Source of the DNA: TPA_inf: Saccharomyces
Taxonomy: Eukaryota
Direction of reading: 5' to 3'
DNA: 64,000 bases
NCBI GenBank assembly: GCA_000146045.2
Contig: BK006935.2
Span: forward strand, 64,001-128,000
The notes under the pieces were generated by a model, which worked only from the letters and a program-made list of their open reading frames with translations, was not told the DNA's origin and ran no database searches. Position 1 is the stretch's first letter, and every line of letters begins with the position of its first letter. This document shows positions 20,749-31,629 of this stretch, one piece after another. The translations under genes and the position numbers were made by a program.

Positions 20749-23031
20749 TTATCTCAATTTGCTTCTGATTTTAGAAGCTATTCTATGCCCGGTCGACTCT
20801 TTGATTTCGATCCCAAACGGCATCATGGTAGTTTCGGAGCCAGATTCGCCATTTTCCCACTCTAATCCATCTCGAAGACTTTTTCGAAAGGTAAACCCTT
20901 CTTCTTGTCTCAGCGTGTTATATTTGGACTTATGCTGTAGCGGCTTGATCATTGCCGAAGCAGGTATTGGCGGATAATGTAGCACAGCCGGCTTCTTGTA
21001 CCAACCCACCTTTGTTGGTTTAGGATTTTCTGCCTCTGTCATTGGCGGTACACCAGCAAATCTCACCCTTTTGATGGACAATTCACTGGAGTTTGACTCC
21101 GGATCTAGAGTTAATGTCTCTATAGCCAAAGTATCACTACTATTGGCAATCAGGGTACTTGATGATTTTCCTGAGGAGGTGTTGTTTATACTGGATACTT
21201 TTGGTGAAGGCGCTAACGATGAAGATGCAGAAGGATTGGGTGTAGATGCACTTTTGTTCATCAAATGCCGCACTGTATCTTGGACGATTTTTTGATTTAA
21301 CGTCATGGTTGAGGACTGCAAAGAATTGGACCTTTGATTGTTGAGCTTTGAAGGTGGAGCTATTGACGGATGTCTTGTAGAATTCAAATATGAGGTTTGT
21401 TGTTTGTTTGTATAGGATTGCAAAGATGAGGATCTAGGCCTTCTGCCGTTGATCAGTTTTCTTTTCTCCGGAGACACCACGCTTTTCTTCGTTTCTGCGT
21501 TTTTATTGTTGAAAGTGGTCCTTACAGGCGATACTGAGGGAGACCTAGAAGAATTTGAGGCTAAATGCGCCCTTGCCCTTGTTCTTATGCTCTCTAAAGA
21601 GGCCTGTCTTGATGGGCTTGCTGAAGATGTGGGTGAGGGGGATGGAGAAGAAGAGGCTGGCAGCTTTGTTATTGACGGCTTCTTCTTTAGCTTACTTTTC
21701 GCGTTTTTAACCTCTAAATACAGAGCCTTATCTCTTTCTAGCTTTTCTTTCAAATTCTCCCGCAAGTCATTGGTTTCATCGAAGGTTTTATAATTTTTCT
21801 CAATATATTTCCAGCAATCCATCCAATTGGATAATAATCCCATAATGGACCTCAATTTCGGTATAATCTTGCAGATATGATTATTAAACAATTCCACAAC
21901 TAAACCAGGTTGAAGGTGGAAAATGGGAGTTCTTGAGGAATTGTTATCGGTACGCGCCGTTTGAGTCCAAAATTTTAAATTCTCCTGCAGTTCGAATAAA
22001 GCTGTGACATCATCACATTCTGGAGAGAGCAAAGCCATCAGCTCACAAATTATCAAATCGTAATGGTACACGTTTTCGCTGGATAATCTTGTCTTGATGT
22101 CCAAGAAATGTTGTTTATTCGGTAGGAAAATTTGCCTAGAGAAACTGATAATAACACACAAGACAGAAAAAACCCGCAAGTGGAAAGTGTATATCCTGTG
22201 TAGAGTCCATTCCCAATGTGGTAGATCCTTCTGTAAATTTGACAGTGAAGTAGGTCTTGTTTCCGAAAATTTCTGCAATTGGTTGTAATATGTCCTTAGA
22301 ATGGGGAAGATTTTCGAATGAACACAGGAGTTCAGTTTCTCCATCACTTGCCATTGCAATTTGTAAAAGGAATGGGTGGACTTATCCCTTACTGGATCAT
22401 TAATCAAAACGGCTAAATCTAGAATCAATGTCATTTCAACTGGATTTAACAAGTCTTCAATTATTGAAGTGTCAAATGGAAGTGACCGAGCTTTGTACGC
22501 ATCCCTTTCCAATAAAATCTGTCTCAACTTGGCATTATAAATTTTTATAGCATTTTGAGCAATGCAAGACAGCGAATTTAAAATCTTCCATTGTAGAGAA
22601 TTATTGTATATGCACGATTTATAGTGATCTAGGGGTACCTCCTCGGGAAACATCCAGCCCTCTACATCAATAAAATTAGTTGATAATCTCTGCTGCACTT
22701 CGCTTAGCTTTATCAGCTGGAATCGACAGAGCAAATGGTACCTCTTAGCCAATACGGGGCTTACATTAAATATAGGACCCTCACAAAGTGATAAGATGAA
22801 ATTAACGAGGGGAATAATTTTGTAGGACTCGTCATTGTCTCTTTTCTTCTTCAAATGCGGTACCAGAACGTTTAGTAGCCTATTCAGTTCATTCAGCTTG
22901 TAAAGAGCGTTCTTATATTGAATGATTTTTATATCATACGAGTCCAACGGAACAGAACCTTTGATTGCCGGAATAGAAGCGCTGGCAGCAGCTTTGGCTA
23001 GCAACTTTTTTCTCTTTTGCACATCTACCAT
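20749..23031 (-). CDS. GIP4: Glc7-interacting protein Gip4, 760 aa
   Basis: ORF track 760 aa. Position and length match YAL031C. Ser-rich C-terminal half. Confidence 0.85.
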   Translation of the reverse strand: MVDVQKRKKLLAKAAASASIPAIKGSVPLDSYDIKIIQYKNALYKLNELNRLLNVLVPHLKKKRDNDESYKIIPLVNFILSLCEGPIFNVSPVLAKRYHLLCRFQLIKLSEVQQRLSTNFIDVEGWMFPEEVPLDHYKSCIYNNSLQWKILNSLSCIAQNAIKIYNAKLRQILLERDAYKARSLPFDTSIIEDLLNPVEMTLILDLAVLINDPVRDKSTHSFYKLQWQVMEKLNSCVHSKIFPILRTYYNQLQKFSETRPTSLSNLQKDLPHWEWTLHRIYTFHLRVFSVLCVIISFSRQIFLPNKQHFLDIKTRLSSENVYHYDLIICELMALLSPECDDVTALFELQENLKFWTQTARTDNNSSRTPIFHLQPGLVVELFNNHICKIIPKLRSIMGLLSNWMDCWKYIEKNYKTFDETNDLRENLKEKLERDKALYLEVKNAKSKLKKKPSITKLPASSSPSPSPTSSASPSRQASLESIRTRARAHLASNSSRSPSVSPVRTTFNNKNAETKKSVVSPEKRKLINGRRPRSSSLQSYTNKQQTSYLNSTRHPSIAPPSKLNNQRSNSLQSSTMTLNQKIVQDTVRHLMNKSASTPNPSASSSLAPSPKVSSINNTSSGKSSSTLIANSSDTLAIETLTLDPESNSSELSIKRVRFAGVPPMTEAENPKPTKVGWYKKPAVLHYPPIPASAMIKPLQHKSKYNTLRQEEGFTFRKSLRDGLEWENGESGSETTMMPFGIEIKESTGHRIASKIRSKLR

Positions 23032-23285
23032 GTTGTAATATAAAACTAGTCTAAATCCTCAACCTTCAGCTTCCAATCACTCCTTTTATCATTGTTCATT
23101 CGCTAACAAACTTCAAACATATGCCTTTATTATGCGTCTTCCTGCTGTTTCAACCATTGATTGCAGGGTAACAGACATTTTTAAGGGTCTTTCCCACAGC
23201 ATCTATAAGAAAGATCGTCAAAAGTATTAGTTAAACATTGAAAATTTGCGCCAAAGACATAGCAAGCGCAACGTATTCATTGTCC

Positions 23286-23752
23286 ATGTCGTCATCTACT
23301 CCCTTTGACCCTTATGCTCTATCCGAGCACGATGAAGAACGACCCCAGAATGTACAGTCTAAGTCAAGGACTGCGGAACTACAAGCTGTAAGTACAGAAA
23401 GCCACAGAGTACCATCTAGGAAATTAACATTATACTAACTTTCTACATCGTTGATACTTATGCGTATACATTCATATACGTTCTTCGTGTTTATTTTTAG
23501 GAAATTGATGATACCGTGGGAATAATGAGAGATAACATAAATAAAGTAGCAGAAAGAGGTGAAAGATTAACGTCCATTGAAGATAAAGCCGATAACCTAG
23601 CGGTCTCAGCCCAAGGCTTTAAGAGGGGTGCCAATAGGGTCAGAAAAGCCATGTGGTACAAGGATCTAAAAATGAAGATGTGTCTGGCTTTAGTAATCAT
23701 CATATTGCTTGTTGTAATCATCGTCCCCATTGCTGTTCACTTTAGTCGATAG
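23286..23752 (+). CDS. SNC1: v-SNARE synaptobrevin Snc1, 117 aa, spliced: join(23286..23387, 23501..23752)
   Basis: Exon 1 encodes [34 protein letters not shown]. Exon 2 starts [16 protein letters not shown]... and ends with the TM segment and stop. The ORF track shows the two exons as separate ORFs, 23238.. and 23516... Confidence 0.93.
23388..23500 (+). other. SNC1: SNC1 intron, 113 nt: 5'SS GTAAGT, branch point TACTAAC at 23433-23439, 3'SS TAG at 23498-23500
   Basis: Splice signals read directly. Removing the intron restores the synaptobrevin reading frame. Confidence 0.9.
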
Positions 23753-23854
23753 AAGTTCACTCGCAATGCTATATATATAGGGAGCTTCCATATGTAGTGT
23801 AGGATATATGTATATATACATATATACATATATGGGCGTATATTTACTTTGTTC

Positions 23855-26800
23855 TTATTTTCTGTCTAATTTTATAATTTTACTGACAGTAGCTAAGCCC
23901 TCTGTATTGCTGTTCTGTGTTATTGCACTAGTGTCATAACGCAGATGGTTTTTAGCAGAGTCAAATTGGGCAGAAAGCATAATTTCCATCTTCCCTGGCA
24001 AAGACAGATTTTCTCTTTTGATCACGTTAGCTAAATAATTCAAGATTTCGTTCGGTACTCCAGCTTCGCCCTTGTTAGCAGGCTTGTATTTCAACAGAAT
24101 TGCTTGTATTTGGGCTGGATTCAAGGCATACCAGAAATCGAATAGTAACTTGAACTCGTTCAAGTTGCTTATCTTCAACTGTAATATCTTGACAGCCTGA
24201 ATTATTTGAATCAAATTGGGACGAACGTCTTCAATTCTTGGTTCAAACCAGCTCACCAACCGCTCGATATTTCTATCCACTTCGTACCCATACTTCCAAT
24301 TTAACGCGGGACATTTGGTTATTAGGTCATTAAATAGCATTACGTTCAGATACTTCAGGGTGTCGTTAAAAATTTTTGTATGCATTGAGTCAACAACTTG
24401 AAATTTACACAAGACAGCATCAAATTCATTTAAGAATGTGAATAATTTAGCGAACTTCTCATCACCAGAATTTTTAAATAGCTTCTCGTTTAAAACCATA
24501 TCGAAGATCTCGATGTGGGCTGAAGCATGCTTCATGAATTTCACTAACCAAGTGGAATAAATCTTGTCGAATACTTTTAAAGTTTCATTCTCCAAATCAT
24601 TCAAATATATCAGTGTTAACTTATCTTTTTCATCACCACCATTCGCTTCATATAATGTTTTTTGATTTGCAGCAAATGCGGGAAGTCTGGAAAGATTACT
24701 TAACCAAAAGATACCACCAAGCATTGTTTCGTCCTTTGGTAGACTCATAACAATGCTTTCTACAGTCAATAGGACTTTCGAGATGAATTTGCTACTTTGA
24801 ATCAATAACCCATTTCTCACTAAGCTACTTACCACTGTAGTAATGACGTGTATAGGACCCAGAACATTGTCTCCATTCACCTCAGTAACATTTACTTTTT
24901 TCAAGTAACCTTCTGTGACTTCTAATGTGTAACAATTCAGGTCCATTAGTAATTCTAGAAGATCAGGATTTCCTGATTCTCTACGAATTACATTGACTAG
25001 CTTCGGTTTTACTTGTTGTCCTGCGATTCCCAAACCTTTCACTTTATCATTCTTATTAGCAGAATATGTGGTGGTGAAATCTTGTGCTATTACGTTTTCA
25101 ATAAACGCTAGTTCTTGCTTCATTGATTTGACTTCATCACTTAATCTTGAAGGTTTGTTACCTTTTATAGCAGCCAAACTTTGCATATGTGACTGTATTA
25201 AAGAAGATTGCTTCTTTTTTCTCTCCTTCAAGGCATTCTTCTTGTTTAAAGTATTCATGATTTCAACTTGTAACGTCTTCAGCTTGGAAATCTTATCATT
25301 ATAACCATTTACTATCGTTTCGTACTCTTGCCTTTGCTTAGATGGAATATTTGACAAATCTCCCTGCAACAACTGTGTTAATCTTGTATATGAGTCATTT
25401 AACATCTCTAGATTCAAAATGAAAGAGTTCTTAAATTCGATAGCTTCCTCCAGTAATCCAATCCCGTAACTAGCCCTAATATTCCGTTCTTCAACTTCTT
25501 TTTGCAGAACTATATACCTTCGTCTAGCTAACTGCATTCTCATGGCGCTTTGTACAAGAATGGAGCTCCTTTTCAATGTTCTGTAATCTGTTTTGTGACC
25601 ATATGATCTGATGTAGCTTTGGATAATTACTGCCGCCATGAGCATGAATTTCCTGTTAACACTATCTAAAATCAATTTTCTTTTACAGGTACATTGTAGT
25701 TTTATTATTTGCCCAATGGCAGCTCTATAGTATTCCCGTTTCCATAATGCTCTAATGTTCGTTTGTAGTAATATGGCAGCTCTTGTCTTGAGCTCATGAT
25801 CGACCCTTGTACGAACCAACAAACTTCTAATTTGGCTTTGGCACTTCTTTATTGATTCCATGGTCTGCAAATACTGAAGCCTATAGTATCTTGCCCTTAT
25901 CTTTTTCTGTATTATGATGCATATTTCATTCATTTTATTAGTCCTTAGCTTTTCCAAAAATGCAAGCATTCCTGCTTTAAAGAAAATTTTGGTATTACCA
26001 ATTTGGTATTTTGCTGAATCAGAGATAGTAGCATCTAGAATAGATTGACAGAAGTTGACGATTGCCTCTTTTGGGAGGTCTGGATTATAAAGAATTCCAC
26101 TCCATAAGCTGTAGTCCGTCAGGAGGAAATATCTTTGAACGAATTCGTCAAAAGTCCATCTTGATGGAAAGCCTGCACATGAAATCCTGATTGTTTCCAG
26201 CACACCACAAGCTCTTAATTGCGATAAGACCATCAAATTATCGAACTCCCATGGCTTTTTTTCAGAATTTGGTTTTATGCAACGAATATAATGAACATTA
26301 GTAGAATTTATGATGGCCATCAATTCCCCGAGCGATTTTTTGAACATAGATCCCAGGGTTGGTTTCTTTTGACTTAATCTTGCTGGGATCATTATCTTTT
26401 TTTCAGTATTTTGCTCTTCAGGAGCATCGTCACTCCTAAGTTCTCTGTTGTCTAAAATTTGTTTGAAAATTGGATTTGTCGTTGCTTTGAAAACATCCAG
26501 ATGACCTAGGGAAACGCTGTCTCTATTCTTTTCAATAAACCCTTCAACTTCATATTCTACATCAACAGCATAATGGCTTACTATAAACTTCGTTTGTCCG
26601 AATCTTGGCTTCGAAAAAACTTCATTTGAGGGCGGTTTATTAAAGGCAGAATATAGTTTTGAGGCCCATGATTCATCTGAGCCTGATGGTAATCTACTTT
26701 CTTCATCTAATAGAGAAAGTATTCCAAGTTTATTCTCAATCAAGTCTATGCAAGGTTGGTTGTCGCTGAACTCAATGAAAGACCACTCAATTTCCTCCTT

Positions 26801-28270
26801 TACATATTCTTCTTGCTCCAATTTGAAAACGTGCTGGTTGAACTCTTGTTGTAATTTTTCATTCGCATAGTTTATACAGAATTGTTCGAATGAGTTTTTC
26901 TCAAAATGCTCAAACCCGTAGATATCTAAAATACCAATAAAGGAAAAGACATGATCTTGTTGATCCAGCTCAGGATCGTATAATGTCTTGTTAATGTTGT
27001 CTACTAGCCAATCAAAAAGCGTGGAATAAATAAATTTCGCCACAGAGTCCCTAGCAATTAGCGCTTGATTGTAATTCAAATTAGTGACAATTTTTTCAGA
27101 CCTTGTGACGATTTGTTTCTTGACAATCCATTTTGCAAAATTGAAGGGATCAATACCCAATAATTCACATGCGATTTGCAGGTTTTGCTCTTCCGATGAT
27201 AGTGATGCGTCGTTTCTAGTCATTTTCATCTCGATATTACCTATATGTAGCAAGCCTGCAAGAATTTTGAAAATTCCAAGCTGAGTCTCGTGGTTTATAC
27301 CTACTAATGACAGGGCATCAGTGGTTATCTTGTATTCTCGAGCTTCATCTATACCAGCTATGTTCGGCTGTCCACCTTGGTTAGTATAATGGTAGTCCTT
27401 GGGAGATGACAAATGCAGTTCTTGTTTTACCGGTTCTGGCAATCCTTCCAAAATTTGGTAAAAAATATGGTAATTTCTTTCTGTCTCTGGCTGATAAACT
27501 AACCTGGATTTTTCCAAGAGATAGGTTCTAATTTTGGACCCCCTGATGGTAGTATTCTCATCAAATAAAATTTGCAGATATTTGCCGAAACGAGAGGAAT
27601 TATCATTTCTGGTAGTTTTGGCGTTACCAAAGGCTTCCATGATCGGGTTAGTAGCTAAAATTTGGCTCTCGATTTGAGACATTTCCACTTCCCCTTCACG
27701 ATTGTTGCTTTCTTGGACTGAGGCAAAGTATCTCATAATGTATTTAGCAGAGACGGTCTTACCAGCACCGGATTCACCACTGACTACAACAGTCTGGTTA
27801 GCCTTTTCATGGACCATGAACCTGTACGCCTCCTCTGCTATGGCAAAAAGGTGCGGCTCCAGCTCATCTTTACGCTTACTAGAATAATTCTGTATCATCT
27901 CGCGAGAGTACAAATGGTCGACTTTATCAAAGGGATTAGCGGCAATAAGGACAATACCAGAGTAAGTATATATCTGTCCATTCATGTATCTTTTTTTTAT
28001 GGCATGCAGCACTGCCGGTTCGTTCAGATATGATAGGGTGGTTAAGTCATCAGTAGACTCTAAAATAGGTGGGTTTCGTAGTACAGGTAGCGTGGGATGA
28101 TCATCATCATTTTCGAAGCTATTTGTTTCAATGGATACAGTTTCTCCATCCTCCAATTTCAACTCTAAGTGGAACGTTCCTTCAAAGAAGTCATTCTTGG
28201 TGACTTCGCCGCCTATCCAGCCTTGTTCTTTGTGAGGGTACCAACACTTAGTTCCTACTTCAAATGACAT
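23855..28270 (-). CDS. MYO4: Type V myosin Myo4 (mRNA and ER transport motor), 1471 aa
   Basis: ORF track 1471 aa. Myosin head with P-loop GESGAGKT, IQ repeats, coiled coil and a globular tail. Confidence 0.96.
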   Translation of the reverse strand: MSFEVGTKCWYPHKEQGWIGGEVTKNDFFEGTFHLELKLEDGETVSIETNSFENDDDHPTLPVLRNPPILESTDDLTTLSYLNEPAVLHAIKKRYMNGQIYTYSGIVLIAANPFDKVDHLYSREMIQNYSSKRKDELEPHLFAIAEEAYRFMVHEKANQTVVVSGESGAGKTVSAKYIMRYFASVQESNNREGEVEMSQIESQILATNPIMEAFGNAKTTRNDNSSRFGKYLQILFDENTTIRGSKIRTYLLEKSRLVYQPETERNYHIFYQILEGLPEPVKQELHLSSPKDYHYTNQGGQPNIAGIDEAREYKITTDALSLVGINHETQLGIFKILAGLLHIGNIEMKMTRNDASLSSEEQNLQIACELLGIDPFNFAKWIVKKQIVTRSEKIVTNLNYNQALIARDSVAKFIYSTLFDWLVDNINKTLYDPELDQQDHVFSFIGILDIYGFEHFEKNSFEQFCINYANEKLQQEFNQHVFKLEQEEYVKEEIEWSFIEFSDNQPCIDLIENKLGILSLLDEESRLPSGSDESWASKLYSAFNKPPSNEVFSKPRFGQTKFIVSHYAVDVEYEVEGFIEKNRDSVSLGHLDVFKATTNPIFKQILDNRELRSDDAPEEQNTEKKIMIPARLSQKKPTLGSMFKKSLGELMAIINSTNVHYIRCIKPNSEKKPWEFDNLMVLSQLRACGVLETIRISCAGFPSRWTFDEFVQRYFLLTDYSLWSGILYNPDLPKEAIVNFCQSILDATISDSAKYQIGNTKIFFKAGMLAFLEKLRTNKMNEICIIIQKKIRARYYRLQYLQTMESIKKCQSQIRSLLVRTRVDHELKTRAAILLQTNIRALWKREYYRAAIGQIIKLQCTCKRKLILDSVNRKFMLMAAVIIQSYIRSYGHKTDYRTLKRSSILVQSAMRMQLARRRYIVLQKEVEERNIRASYGIGLLEEAIEFKNSFILNLEMLNDSYTRLTQLLQGDLSNIPSKQRQEYETIVNGYNDKISKLKTLQVEIMNTLNKKNALKERKKKQSSLIQSHMQSLAAIKGNKPSRLSDEVKSMKQELAFIENVIAQDFTTTYSANKNDKVKGLGIAGQQVKPKLVNVIRRESGNPDLLELLMDLNCYTLEVTEGYLKKVNVTEVNGDNVLGPIHVITTVVSSLVRNGLLIQSSKFISKVLLTVESIVMSLPKDETMLGGIFWLSNLSRLPAFAANQKTLYEANGGDEKDKLTLIYLNDLENETLKVFDKIYSTWLVKFMKHASAHIEIFDMVLNEKLFKNSGDEKFAKLFTFLNEFDAVLCKFQVVDSMHTKIFNDTLKYLNVMLFNDLITKCPALNWKYGYEVDRNIERLVSWFEPRIEDVRPNLIQIIQAVKILQLKISNLNEFKLLFDFWYALNPAQIQAILLKYKPANKGEAGVPNEILNYLANVIKRENLSLPGKMEIMLSAQFDSAKNHLRYDTSAITQNSNTEGLATVSKIIKLDRK

Positions 28271-28899
28271 GCGGGAGAACTGGTTATAGGATTTTTTTTG
28301 TTTTTTTGTGTTTTAGAATTAGATTGAATTATAAAAAGAAGAACAAAAGGGTATCGTATTGAAAATAAATTGTCTCGCCAAACTGGTAACAATGTTTTCA
28401 GCTAGAACAATAAGAAAAGAAGAGAAGGTAAAAAAAAAGGTGATAACTCCGTAGGAATTGAGGAATTGAGTATGCAGAATCAGAATAAAGGCTGACTTTC
28501 AAAAAAAGGTTGTATTACAATTGCAGGTTTTCGATAAAAGAGACCCTATTCTCATCTACTACTGCTAAACTTCGAGATATTTTCGAATTTTTCAGTCTTT
28601 TCTTTTTTTTTTTTCGCATTAGTTCAGAACCCTAAAGAATGGTAAACATTCTATGGATAACCCGGAGAGTGAGTTTCTTAAAGACCTAGTTTTATTTTAA
28701 GGGTTTTAACTCAATCTTGATGTTTTCATTGTGTACCCTAAAGAAAGTTTAAGAATAGCCCTAACTGTTACCTTTTGAAATAAAATAAGGGGAAGGTCAA
28801 AAAGCTATTGTTCTATTGTTATGAAACATTGTCTCAAAGAGTAAGAATAACACAAATTGATGGCAGTTTTTTACGTAGTCCAGTAGTTGTCCAGGTACA

Positions 28900-30486
28900 A
28901 TGCAAAATGCTCAAATAAAGAGCTCTTCTAAAGGCAGCGGAATAGATGGTACAGATCGCAATAGCAAAGATGGTGTAGAAAAGAGACCCCTGGAAGATGT
29001 AAAGCAAATGATTGACGCTGGAACACCAGATGTTGGCCACAAATCTACTGTTGAAACTAAGCCAAACGTTGGATGGCAAGCCTCTCACAGTAATTTGGCT
29101 GCATTACACGAAAAAGAGCAGAAATATGAAATGGAGCACCATCATGCTCGTCATAAACTGCATCGTCAAGTTATTCCGGATTACACGTCTGCCTCGACCG
29201 CAATGTTCAGCGATTGTATGTTCAACGCAGCACCAGATAAAGTACGAAGTCTCAGTACGATGAAGTCTTCTGGACTCTCGCCAAAACACCCATTTAACGT
29301 AGTCGCCACCTTTAAAGGACCATTCCCGCAGCATAGTGTAGAATCAAAGCCTCTCGATGGTGGATACTCTGCCAAAGACCATTTTCCCTCATTTAAGATG
29401 TTGCAAGCCCAGCAGCACCCAGCCCATCGCCATTACAAAGACAACGACAAGTACGGTCTTAAATCACCTTCCCGGTCCTTCGTGAAGGACAAGAAAAGGT
29501 TGGTTCACCGGTTTTTGAAATCCATGGAGCCTTCTTCGTCTGGGCAATCTAAGGATTCGTCTGCACTGGCGCCGGCTTTCGATCCAATATTGCCCAATGT
29601 TATATCTAAGCCTTCCAAGCGACCCACACATCATTCGCATTCATCAGACGGGAGTTCTAGCACGCAGACAGATATATCGTTACAGAGCTTGCTTTACCAT
29701 GATCTTGAAAGCTCACCAAAGAAACATGTTTCGCCCTCAAGACCGCCCTCTGTAGCTTCCGAATCCTCTCCTGCCGTTGCTAATCCCATTGGGCTTTCGC
29801 CAAAAGACGCCTGCAATGCATCGTTTTCGCAGTCGTCCTCATCTTCGTTGTCTTCTTCTTCATCGTCTTCATCATCGACGTCATTCTCACAGTCAGTGGC
29901 TGTTGATCCTCTTGAACCTCCTGGAAATATCACATATAGTAGTTCGAATCTTTCGCTAAATTCAGATGAATTAGACTACTATCAGCGTCATATCGGATTG
30001 CAGTTACAGCAGACAGAAGCTTTACTAAAGCACAGTTTGAAAGATGAGGTTCTGAAAGATGAAAATGACCTTGTTAAAAACATTGCAAATTTTGACAAGA
30101 TCGTTAAAGAGCTAAGGGACTTAAGATCCAGGACCATTGGATGGAAAGAGCTTGTTGAAGAGGATTATTTAATGAATTTGAAACAGGATTTTGACAAGGA
30201 AAACCCCGAATCATTTGAGGCACGTTTGAGTGATACAATAAATACAAACGTGGCAAAATTACAAGATTTAGAGAAAAGAATGGCTTCTTGCAAAGACAGG
30301 TTGGCCTCTAGGAAGGAAGTAATGAGGAAAATGGAAAGTTTATTGTCTTTGGAGAATTCCTTAATGATATCCAAAAAAAATGTAACATTCGCATCTAAAT
30401 ACCGCAACGAGGCCCTTGATATTGTCTTTTTAATTATCATCATCGTCATATGCTATACCTTCAAGCATCTAGTATCGCATAAATAA
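28900..30486 (+). CDS. FRT2: Tail-anchored ER membrane protein Frt2, 528 aa
   Basis: ORF track 528 aa. Ser-rich. C-terminal hydrophobic anchor IVFLIIIIVICYTF. Confidence 0.85.
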   Translation: MQNAQIKSSSKGSGIDGTDRNSKDGVEKRPLEDVKQMIDAGTPDVGHKSTVETKPNVGWQASHSNLAALHEKEQKYEMEHHHARHKLHRQVIPDYTSASTAMFSDCMFNAAPDKVRSLSTMKSSGLSPKHPFNVVATFKGPFPQHSVESKPLDGGYSAKDHFPSFKMLQAQQHPAHRHYKDNDKYGLKSPSRSFVKDKKRLVHRFLKSMEPSSSGQSKDSSALAPAFDPILPNVISKPSKRPTHHSHSSDGSSSTQTDISLQSLLYHDLESSPKKHVSPSRPPSVASESSPAVANPIGLSPKDACNASFSQSSSSSLSSSSSSSSSTSFSQSVAVDPLEPPGNITYSSSNLSLNSDELDYYQRHIGLQLQQTEALLKHSLKDEVLKDENDLVKNIANFDKIVKELRDLRSRTIGWKELVEEDYLMNLKQDFDKENPESFEARLSDTINTNVAKLQDLEKRMASCKDRLASRKEVMRKMESLLSLENSLMISKKNVTFASKYRNEALDIVFLIIIIVICYTFKHLVSHK

Positions 30487-30686
30487 AAAATAGTATTTGT
30501 ATATCAAAAAATGATCCTGTGATTTTTTCATATGTAACGTATAAATGTAAAAATGTGCTTCTTCTGGTATTTTTAATCAAGTGGAAAGATGAGTGGAAAA
30601 AAGGGCAATGAAATAGAAAAGGACAGGCCTGAAAGGGAAGAATACAAGAAGATTGAGTATATTGGACTTCACAGTAACCGTGAAAA

Positions 30687-31472
30687 ATGGCACCAAGTAT
30701 AGCAACGGTAAAGATAGCCAGGGACATGGTTTTGCCATTACGTATATTTGTCAATAGAAAGCAGATCCTTCAAACCAATGATAAGACTAGCAATAAGTCG
30801 AATGCCACTATATTTGAAGCACCATTATTATCAAATAACTCCATAATCTGCTTAAAATCACCAAATACAAGAATATATTTATCGCAACAAGATAAGAAGA
30901 ATCTTTGTGACGAGATCAAGGAGGACCTGTTATTGATTGTTTACGAACTAGCGTCCCCGGAAATCATCAGTTCCGTACTCAGCAAAATAAGAGTTGGTCA
31001 TTCTACTGATTTCCAAATCAACGTTCTGCCCAAACTTTTTGCAGGTGCCGATACGGATAATGCGGTAACTTCTCACATCCAGTCTGTGACAAGGCTGGCT
31101 AAATTCAAATACAAGTTGCACTACAAACATAAGTGGGAGCTCGACATATTCATCAACAGCATTAAGAAGATCGCCAATTTAAGGCACTATTTGATGTTTC
31201 AAACATTAACATTAAACGGTTTCTCATTAAATGCAGGACCCAAAACGTTATTAGCTAGGAAAATAGAAAAACAGCCCCAGGTACCTAATTTGTTAATAGA
31301 AAATGGGGACGCTGATGCCCTGGATACACCGGTGGAAGAGGATATAAAACCTGTAATAGAATTTATGTACAAGCCTGTTATTAATTTAGGTGAAATTATT
31401 GATGTACATGTGTTGCATAGGCCTAGAAGACATAAGGTACGTACCCAGTCGAAGCAACCCCAGGAGGAATGA
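30687..31472 (+). CDS. SAW1: Saw1, 3'-flap recruitment factor for Rad1-Rad10, 261 aa
   Basis: ORF track 261 aa. Position and length match YAL027W. Confidence 0.82.
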   Translation: MAPSIATVKIARDMVLPLRIFVNRKQILQTNDKTSNKSNATIFEAPLLSNNSIICLKSPNTRIYLSQQDKKNLCDEIKEDLLLIVYELASPEIISSVLSKIRVGHSTDFQINVLPKLFAGADTDNAVTSHIQSVTRLAKFKYKLHYKHKWELDIFINSIKKIANLRHYLMFQTLTLNGFSLNAGPKTLLARKIEKQPQVPNLLIENGDADALDTPVEEDIKPVIEFMYKPVINLGEIIDVHVLHRPRRHKVRTQSKQPQEE

Positions 31473-31629
31473 AAAACCGATAACAAAGTGATGGCTTAAT
31501 ATTATAACTTCTATATAACGGATATATTTTATGGTAAATGTACATATTTCAGTAATGGTAATAATGACTTTTCTTTTTATCTTATTTTTATTTTTGTATT
31601 TTTTGTCTTCTGCTCTTTGTTTCTGTGCC

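Noticed and set aside
20648-20977. 109-aa plus-strand ORF overlapping the GIP4 3' end
   Set aside because: Antisense overlap with GIP4. No recognisable domain. Probably a dubious ORF.
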